Source of the DNA: Clostridium kluyveri
Lineage (GTDB): Bacteria; Bacillota; Clostridia; Clostridiales; Clostridiaceae
Assembly: GCF_001902295.1 (NCBI RefSeq)
Contig: NZ_CP018335.1
Coordinates: 1,926,702 to 1,958,701 of the forward strand
DNA length: 32,000 nt
Direction of reading: 5' to 3'
The notes beneath the pieces were generated by a model, which ran no database searches, was not told the DNA's origin, and worked only from the letters and a program-made list of their open reading frames with translations. Shown in pieces: positions 26,480-32,000 of this stretch. Positions within the stretch are counted from its first letter, which is position 1. The number at the start of each line of letters is the position of its first letter. Both the position numbers and the translations under genes were made by a program.

Positions 26480-26911
26480 ATGTTTGAATGGAAGGATGAT
26501 TATAATTGTGGCATTAAAAGGATAGATGAAGAGCATAAGAGACTCTTTGAAATAGGTGAATCTGTATACGATCTTATAATAAATGAAAACCATGTAGATT
26601 ATTTTGGGGATGTTTTAAATTTAATTGATGACCTTAAAGAATATACTGTGTATCATTTTGAAGATGAAGAAAGAATAATGAAGCTTTATGATTATCCCAA
26701 GTACAAGGAACAAAAAAAAGCTCATGATGCCTTTATAAATAAAATCGAAAGTTTAGATTTGGAAGAACTAGATGAGGACATACAAAAATCTGTATTAAAA
26801 TTATTGGATTTTATTTATGATTGGATATCAAAACATATACTAGGTATGGATTTGAAGTTAAAAGATTATTTTGATAGTCTAAAACCAAAAAAATCAAATG
26901 AATCAATTTAA
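26480..26911 (+). CDS. Bacteriohemerythrin
   Basis: GIKRIDEEHKRLFEIG, YTVYHFEDEERIM, HDAFINKI, WISKHILGMD diiron ligands. Confidence 0.93.
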   Translation: MFEWKDDYNCGIKRIDEEHKRLFEIGESVYDLIINENHVDYFGDVLNLIDDLKEYTVYHFEDEERIMKLYDYPKYKEQKKAHDAFINKIESLDLEELDEDIQKSVLKLLDFIYDWISKHILGMDLKLKDYFDSLKPKKSNESI

Positions 26912-26962
26912 AATATATTTTGAGCTTTGTCATAATGAGTAGAGAAATGTATTAAAATACCA

Positions 26963-26991
26963 TTGACTAATATTTACTTATAGTACATAAT
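26963..26991 (+). promoter_or_regulatory. Promoter of the lysine-riboswitch unit
   Basis: TTGACT (26963-26968), 17-nt spacer, CATAAT (26986-26991). Confidence 0.65.
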
Positions 26992-27013
26992 GTATTTGTA
27001 CTATAAGTGAATA

Positions 27014-27187
27014 TTTAAGATAGAGGCGCAAAATTTATAAGTAAAGTTTTGGAGGTAAGCACAATGAAGGGACTTGAAAGGAAATTTTGCCGAAGTGTTC
27101 AACAGATGCTTTGATGTTGAATTAACTGGTTTTGTATAAAATATATACAAGACTGTCACAAATATAATTTGTGAAGAGCTATCATTC
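27014..27187 (+). promoter_or_regulatory. Lysine riboswitch (L-box) aptamer
   Basis: Conserved landmarks in order: gatagaggcgca, aagta, ggagg...gggacttgaaaggaaattttgccgaag, cuggu, gactgtcac...gtgaagagctatc. Confidence 0.93.
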
Positions 27188-27219
27188 ATTGTGGAATTAA
27201 TATATTTTTATATTTATAA

Positions 27220-27250
27220 CCTTGGGTGTACACTCTCAAGGCTATTTTTA
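27220..27250 (+). terminator. Terminator of the lysine riboswitch expression platform
   Basis: ccttgggtgtacactctcaagg followed by ctattttta, between aptamer and ATG 27309. Confidence 0.75.
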
Positions 27251-27308
27251 TGTTTATCTTACTTACTTCACTTATGGGGATTTTGATACCAATAAGGGGG
27301 AGAAAAAA

Positions 27309-28766
27309 ATGGAAAGCTCAGTAGAGCAAAATAATGAGCGTGATAATGAACTAAAAAGAGGACTTAAGACTAGACATTTAAGTATGATTGCCATAGGAGG
27401 AGCTATTGGAACAGGAATATTTTTAGCATTAGGTGCTACTATTAATCAGGCAGGTCCTGGAGGAGCACTAGTAGCTTATGGCTGTATAGGAATTATGGTT
27501 TATTTTTTAATGACGGGCTTAGGAGAAATGGCTACTTATATGCCGGTTTCAGGCTCTTTTGGTGTTTATGCCACTAAATTTGTAGATCCGGCTTTAGGAT
27601 TTGCATTAGGATGGAATTATTGGTACAATTGGGCAATAACTGTAGCTGCAGAAATGGTAGCAGGAGCGCTCATAATGAAATATTGGCTGCCAGGTGTACC
27701 AGCTATTGTGTGGAGTGTGTGTTTTTTAGCTGTAATAGTTTTATTAAATTTATTATCTGCAAGAGCTTATGGAGAATCAGAATTTTGGTTTGCAGGCATC
27801 AAAGTAGTAACCGTTATCGTTTTTATATTAGTAGGAGTAGCAACTATTATAGGCATATTTAATGGGAATCCAGTAGGACTTAAAAATTTTACAGTAGGAG
27901 AAGCACCTTTTGTAGGCGGCTTTAAATCTATATTCTTGGTATTTTTGATTGCAGGTTTTTCTTTCCAGGGTACTGAATTAGTGGGCATAGCTGCGGGAGA
28001 AAGTGAAAATCCAGAAAAAACCATACCAAAAGCTATTAATAGTATATTTTGGAGAATACTAATATTTTATATAGGAACAATATTTGTAGTAGGTGCCATA
28101 ATTCCGTATATGAATGCAGGAGTTGACACAAGTCCTTTTACTCTGGTATTTAAAAAGGCTGGTATAGCAGGAGCTGCATCTCTTATGAATGCGGTTATAT
28201 TGACTTCAGTGCTGTCAGCAGGAAACTCTGGAATGTATGCTTCAACTAGAATGTTGTATTCTATGGCTAAAGATAAGAAAGCACCTGCCTGGCTGGCAAA
28301 AGTTAATTCACGAGGAGTGCCTGTAAATTCATTGATACTTACAACAATAGTAGCATCTGCATGTTTTTTAACAGGGCTTTATGCGGAAAGTACAGTGTAT
28401 GTTTGGCTGGTAGCAGCTTCAGGTCTTGCAGGATTTGTAGCATGGCTTGGTATAGCAATTTGCCATTATCGTTTTAGAAAAGCTTATGTTGCTCAAAATA
28501 GAGATTTTGGAAGATTAAAATATAAGGCTAAATTATTTCCTTTAGGACCTATAATAGCATTGGTACTTTGTATCATAGTTATCTTGGGACAAGGAGTTAC
28601 TTATTTTGAAGCTAACAATATAGATTGGAGTGGAGTAACTTCATCTTATATAGGACTTCCGCTATTTTTAGGATTGTGGATATGGTATAAGAAAAAATAT
28701 AGTACTAAGGTAATAAAGCTAGAAGAAGTAGATTTTGACAGTATTGAAGAGGAAGTAAAATTATAA
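27309..28766 (+). CDS. lysP: Amino acid permease, probable lysine permease
   Basis: KRGLKTRHLSMIAIGGAIGTGIFLALGATINQAGPGG. RBS aagggggag before ATG 27309. Sits downstream of an L-box; the track start at 27222 lies inside the terminator hairpin. Confidence 0.88.
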   Translation: MESSVEQNNERDNELKRGLKTRHLSMIAIGGAIGTGIFLALGATINQAGPGGALVAYGCIGIMVYFLMTGLGEMATYMPVSGSFGVYATKFVDPALGFALGWNYWYNWAITVAAEMVAGALIMKYWLPGVPAIVWSVCFLAVIVLLNLLSARAYGESEFWFAGIKVVTVIVFILVGVATIIGIFNGNPVGLKNFTVGEAPFVGGFKSIFLVFLIAGFSFQGTELVGIAAGESENPEKTIPKAINSIFWRILIFYIGTIFVVGAIIPYMNAGVDTSPFTLVFKKAGIAGAASLMNAVILTSVLSAGNSGMYASTRMLYSMAKDKKAPAWLAKVNSRGVPVNSLILTTIVASACFLTGLYAESTVYVWLVAASGLAGFVAWLGIAICHYRFRKAYVAQNRDFGRLKYKAKLFPLGPIIALVLCIIVILGQGVTYFEANNIDWSGVTSSYIGLPLFLGLWIWYKKKYSTKVIKLEEVDFDSIEEEVKL

Positions 28767-29028
28767 TAGATAATTTAATTGATTAATTGCTAGAGAATAG
28801 TTTATATTCTTTGGCAATTTTTTATTTTGCATATTTAATTAATGTATATTTAGCACAAATAGTCTACAGCAGTTTTGTTCTTATTAGATATATAAAATAT
28901 ATTGATGTTATGATAAATTATTAATAATAAAATTAGTAATTTGGAATAAATACTTATTTTTTATTTTTAATATATCAATAAGCTTCTGAAATGACTATTT
29001 TTAATCTTAGTTAAAGGGGATGGATATT

Positions 29029-30441
29029 ATGGATTTTAGAATTGAAAGTGATTCTATAGGAGAAAAAAAGGTTCCTAAAAGTGCATATTATGGAATAAAC
29101 ACTTTAAGGGCTGCAGATAATTTTAAAATTACAGGACTTAAAATTCATGAAGAATTTATAAAAAGTATTGCAGAGATAAAAAAGGCTGCTGCTATAACTA
29201 ATGAGGGTATTGGACTGCTTGGTGAACATATTAAAGAGACAATTGTAAAAGCTTGCGATGAGATAATAGATAGTAAATTTAAAGATCAGTTTATTACAGA
29301 TCCTATACAAGGTGGGGCAGGTACATCTATAAATATGAATGTAAATGAAGTGATTTCAAATAGAGCCATTGAATTATTAGGGGGAGAAAAGGGAAATTAT
29401 AATATTGTCAATCCAAATGATCATGTGAATATGGGGCAGTCTACTAATGATGTTATTCCAACAGCAGGTAAAATTACAACTATAAAACTTATTTTAAGGT
29501 GTATAAAACAGCTGAAAATATTAAAGAGAGTGTTTAAAGAAAAAGCTGATGAATTTAATGATATTGTAAAAATGGGTAGAACTCAGCTTCAGGATGCAGT
29601 ACCTATTAGATTAGGACAGGAATTTAATGCCTATAGTTCAGTGATAAAAAGAGATATATTAAGATTAAATCAGGTTATAGAAAGCTTAAAAGAAGTCAAT
29701 ATAGGTGGAACGGCCATAGGAACAGGTATAAATGCAGATATGAGGTATCAAATAAAAATAATACCGAACCTCAACAAAATTATACAAATACAATTAAACC
29801 AGGCGGAAGATTTAATTGATTCAACTCAAAACTTAGATAGTCTCGTAATAACTTCAGCGGCTATAAAAACCTGTGCAGTTAACCTATCAAAGATAGCAAA
29901 TGATTTAAGACTCATGTCATCAGGACCGAGAACAGGCTTTGGAGAAATAAATCTTCCAGCAAAACAAAATGGCTCTTCCATAATGCCGGGAAAGGTTAAT
30001 CCTGTAATACCAGAGGTAATTAATCAGATAGCTTTTAATATTATTGGAAATGATGTTACCATTAATATGGCTGCAGAGGCAGGTCAATTGGAATTAAATG
30101 CCTTTGAACCAATTGTATTTTTTAATTTATTCCAGTCTATAGAAACTTTGACGAACGGTATTAATACTTTTGTTGAAAACTGCGTTCAGGGTATTACAGC
30201 AAATAGAAAAAGATGTAAGGGACTTTTAGAAAACAGCATAGGAATACTTACAGCTCTTTGTCCTTATGTAGGATATAAAGAAGCTGCTAAAATTGCTAAA
30301 AAAGCTATGAATACTGGAGAATCTGTGAGGAAGATTATTCTAAGAGAAAAAATTTTAAATGAAAGAGAAATTAACAGTGTATTAAATACTGTGGATATGA
30401 CAAAACCTGGAATATCGAGGAAATATGTAGTTTATAAATAG
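29029..30441 (+). CDS. aspA: Aspartate ammonia-lyase
   Basis: RIESDSIGEKKVPKSAYYG, GSSIMPGKVNPVIPEV, NMGQSTNDVIPTA fumarase/aspartase signatures. The track start at 29020 may be slightly extended. Confidence 0.88.
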   Translation: MDFRIESDSIGEKKVPKSAYYGINTLRAADNFKITGLKIHEEFIKSIAEIKKAAAITNEGIGLLGEHIKETIVKACDEIIDSKFKDQFITDPIQGGAGTSINMNVNEVISNRAIELLGGEKGNYNIVNPNDHVNMGQSTNDVIPTAGKITTIKLILRCIKQLKILKRVFKEKADEFNDIVKMGRTQLQDAVPIRLGQEFNAYSSVIKRDILRLNQVIESLKEVNIGGTAIGTGINADMRYQIKIIPNLNKIIQIQLNQAEDLIDSTQNLDSLVITSAAIKTCAVNLSKIANDLRLMSSGPRTGFGEINLPAKQNGSSIMPGKVNPVIPEVINQIAFNIIGNDVTINMAAEAGQLELNAFEPIVFFNLFQSIETLTNGINTFVENCVQGITANRKRCKGLLENSIGILTALCPYVGYKEAAKIAKKAMNTGESVRKIILREKILNEREINSVLNTVDMTKPGISRKYVVYK

Positions 30442-30560
30442 AAATATAATTACTTAATTGTGAATAAATATATTTATAGTTTAATCCTTTATTAACACAA
30501 ACTGAAAAATAATTGTAGTAGAATATATAATAAATGAAATACTGTATTGGAGGTTTTAAA

Positions 30561-31547
30561 ATGTCAATTTTAGTTTGTGGGGGAGCAGGGTATATAGGGA
30601 GCCATATGGCAGCAGAGCTTTTGGAAAGAGGAAAAGAAATTGTAGTATTGGATAACTTTGAAAAAGGACATAAATCTGCTGTACTTGGAGGCAAGGTTTA
30701 CCAGGGCGATTTAAGGGATGAAAATGTAGTGGATAAGGTGTTTAAAGAAAATAACATTGAATCAGTAATAGATTTTGCAGCTTATTCTCTGGTGGGAGAG
30801 AGTGTAGGGGAACCTCTTAAATATTTCGAAAATAATGTTGTAGGTACTTTGAACCTATTAAAGTCTATGAGAAAATATGAAGTAAAATATATTGTATTTT
30901 CTTCTACTGCTGCAACTTATGGAGAGCCTAAAAACATACCTATCTTTGAAGATGATTCAACATATCCCACTAATCCCTATGGAGAATCCAAGCTTACGGT
31001 AGAAAAGTTGTTAAAATGGAGTGATAGGGCATATGGTATAAAATATGCTGCACTAAGATATTTCAATGCGGCAGGTGCACATATTTCAGGACTTATAGGA
31101 GAAGATCATGACCCTGAAACACACTTGATTCCTATAATACTTCAGGTGGCTTTAAAAAAGAGAGATAAAATATTTATATTTGGAGATGACTATAATACAG
31201 AAGACGGAACTTGTGTTAGGGATTATGTTCATGTTATGGATTTAGCTAATGCCCATCTTTTGGCATTGAATAAAATTATTGAGGATGAAAAAAGTGGAAT
31301 TTATAATTTAGGTAATGGCAGAGGCTTCTCTGTAAAAGAAGTAATTGAAGTTTCACGAAAAGTAACTGGACAAAAAATAAAAGCTGAAATTGCTCCTAGA
31401 AGAGAAGGAGATCCTGAGACACTTATAGCCTCTTCTAAAAAAGCGGAAGAAGAACTTAATTGGAAACCAAAGTATAATTCACTTGAGACAATTATTGATA
31501 CTGCATGGAAATGGCATAAAGATCATTTAAATGGATTTGAAAAGTGA
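30561..31547 (+). CDS. galE: UDP-glucose 4-epimerase
   Basis: ILVCGGAGYIGSHMAAELLERG, YGESKLTVE, GDDYNTEDGTCVRDYVHVMDLA. RBS ggagg before ATG 30561. Confidence 0.95.
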   Translation: MSILVCGGAGYIGSHMAAELLERGKEIVVLDNFEKGHKSAVLGGKVYQGDLRDENVVDKVFKENNIESVIDFAAYSLVGESVGEPLKYFENNVVGTLNLLKSMRKYEVKYIVFSSTAATYGEPKNIPIFEDDSTYPTNPYGESKLTVEKLLKWSDRAYGIKYAALRYFNAAGAHISGLIGEDHDPETHLIPIILQVALKKRDKIFIFGDDYNTEDGTCVRDYVHVMDLANAHLLALNKIIEDEKSGIYNLGNGRGFSVKEVIEVSRKVTGQKIKAEIAPRREGDPETLIASSKKAEEELNWKPKYNSLETIIDTAWKWHKDHLNGFEK

Positions 31548-31571
31548 AATATATTAATGGGTAATTATATA

Positions 31572-31601
31572 TTGACAAAAAAATGTTAATAGTAATATAA
31601 T
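31572..31601 (+). promoter_or_regulatory. Strong vegetative promoter with no downstream ORF
   Basis: TTGACA (31572-31577), 18-nt spacer, TATAAT (31596-31601). Confidence 0.75.
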
Positions 31602-31606
31602 AAGGT

Positions 31607-31742
31607 GTAGGTTATGTGATTTTATTCATAACGCTTGCATAAAGTGTTATAAGCTAGAAATATAATAGATAGGCTGTATACCTATTATTTAGATATTGTG
31701 ATAGGAGGAGGCCGTCTCTTAAAATAAAAGAGGCGGTTTTTT
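31607..31742 (+). ncRNA. Candidate small RNA, promoter-to-terminator with serial hairpins
   Basis: Hairpins GTTATG/CATAAC (31611-31632), GCTT/AAGC (31633-31654), ATAGG/CCTAT (31669-31685), then a terminator hairpin at 31712-31736. No ORF between promoter and terminator. Confidence 0.5.
31712..31742 (+). terminator. Intrinsic terminator
   Basis: ccgtctctt / aagaggcgg stem (31712-31720 with 31728-31736) followed by T6. Confidence 0.9.
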
Positions 31743-31777
31743 ATATTATATAGTAACTTCGGATTTTTAGTTTTTAT

Positions 31778-31965
31778 CTAAGCGCTGCCATTGATAAACT
31801 CCCATCTTCTTCAAAAGTTGGGGATAAGCAATGCTGTGCGTCTGGATAAGTTGTTCCCCTAAAGGATAACGTATTCTAAGTGCTAAAGACACTAATGTTA
31901 ATAAGGTTCAGATGGGAATAGGCATTTCTTATAAGCAAACTCCACCTGAACCGCTGAATCACTTG
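31778..31965. ncRNA. Candidate structured noncoding RNA (raiA-motif-like size and layout; not verified)
   Basis: ORF-free segment of higher complexity than its surroundings. Several potential stems: cccatctt/aagttgggg, gttgttcc/ggataac, agtg/cact, ggttcag.../...ctgaacc, and a possible closing agc/gct. Confidence 0.4.
31901..31965 (+). repeat. Hairpin repeat copy 2, inverted relative to 23677-23741
   Basis: taaggttcagatgggaataggcatttcttataagcaaactccacctgaaccgctgaatcacttga; near-identical to the reverse complement of the first copy. Confidence 0.7.
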
Positions 31966-32000
31966 ATTTAAAAGAATAGAAATGGGAGAGGAGCTGAAAA

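Noticed and set aside
30371-30694. 107-aa minus-strand ORF spanning the aspA end and galE start
   Set aside because: Overlaps two well-supported genes and the intergenic region, with no RBS or domain.
1-32000. CRISPR array, tRNA or rRNA genes, and cyclic-di-GMP riboswitches near the GGDEF gene
   Set aside because: Scanned by eye for regularly spaced repeats, tRNA-like cloverleaf/CCA patterns and GEMM cores; none found. This is a visual scan and not an exhaustive search.

Overview
AT-rich clostridial-type chromosomal window; taxonomy is inferred from codon and base composition plus a SASP gene. Two accessory loci stand out. (1) 174-6584 is a co-directional six-gene cluster. It encodes a BadF/HgdC-type ATPase activator and two different 2-hydroxyacyl-CoA-dehydratase / double-cubane-type iron-sulfur reductase subunits. 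These are interleaved with a complete SsuABC/TauABC-type importer (ATPase, permease, substrate-binding protein), and the substrate is unknown. (2) 13296-18126 is an ArsR-controlled operon: arsR, hgcA, hgcB (mercury-methylation corrinoid protein with an NVWCAAGK motif and its ferredoxin partner), acr3, and a CoA-disulfide-reductase-like protein with a rhodanese domain. It is preceded by a symmetric double operator wrapped around a promoter. Other notable items: a lysine riboswitch with terminator upstream of an amino-acid permease (27014-27250); a promoter-to-terminator small-RNA candidate (about 31607-31742); a multi-hairpin structured RNA candidate at the window end (about 31778-31965), part of whose sequence recurs at 23677-23741 and in truncated form near 8735-8762; and several decayed gene remnants. 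The remainder is housekeeping: permeases, flavodoxin, DUF362 protein, diguanylate cyclase, CorA-like protein, M18 peptidase, PHP protein, SASP, bacteriohemerythrin, aspartase, GalE. No CRISPR array, rRNA, tRNA or intact transposase was recognised.
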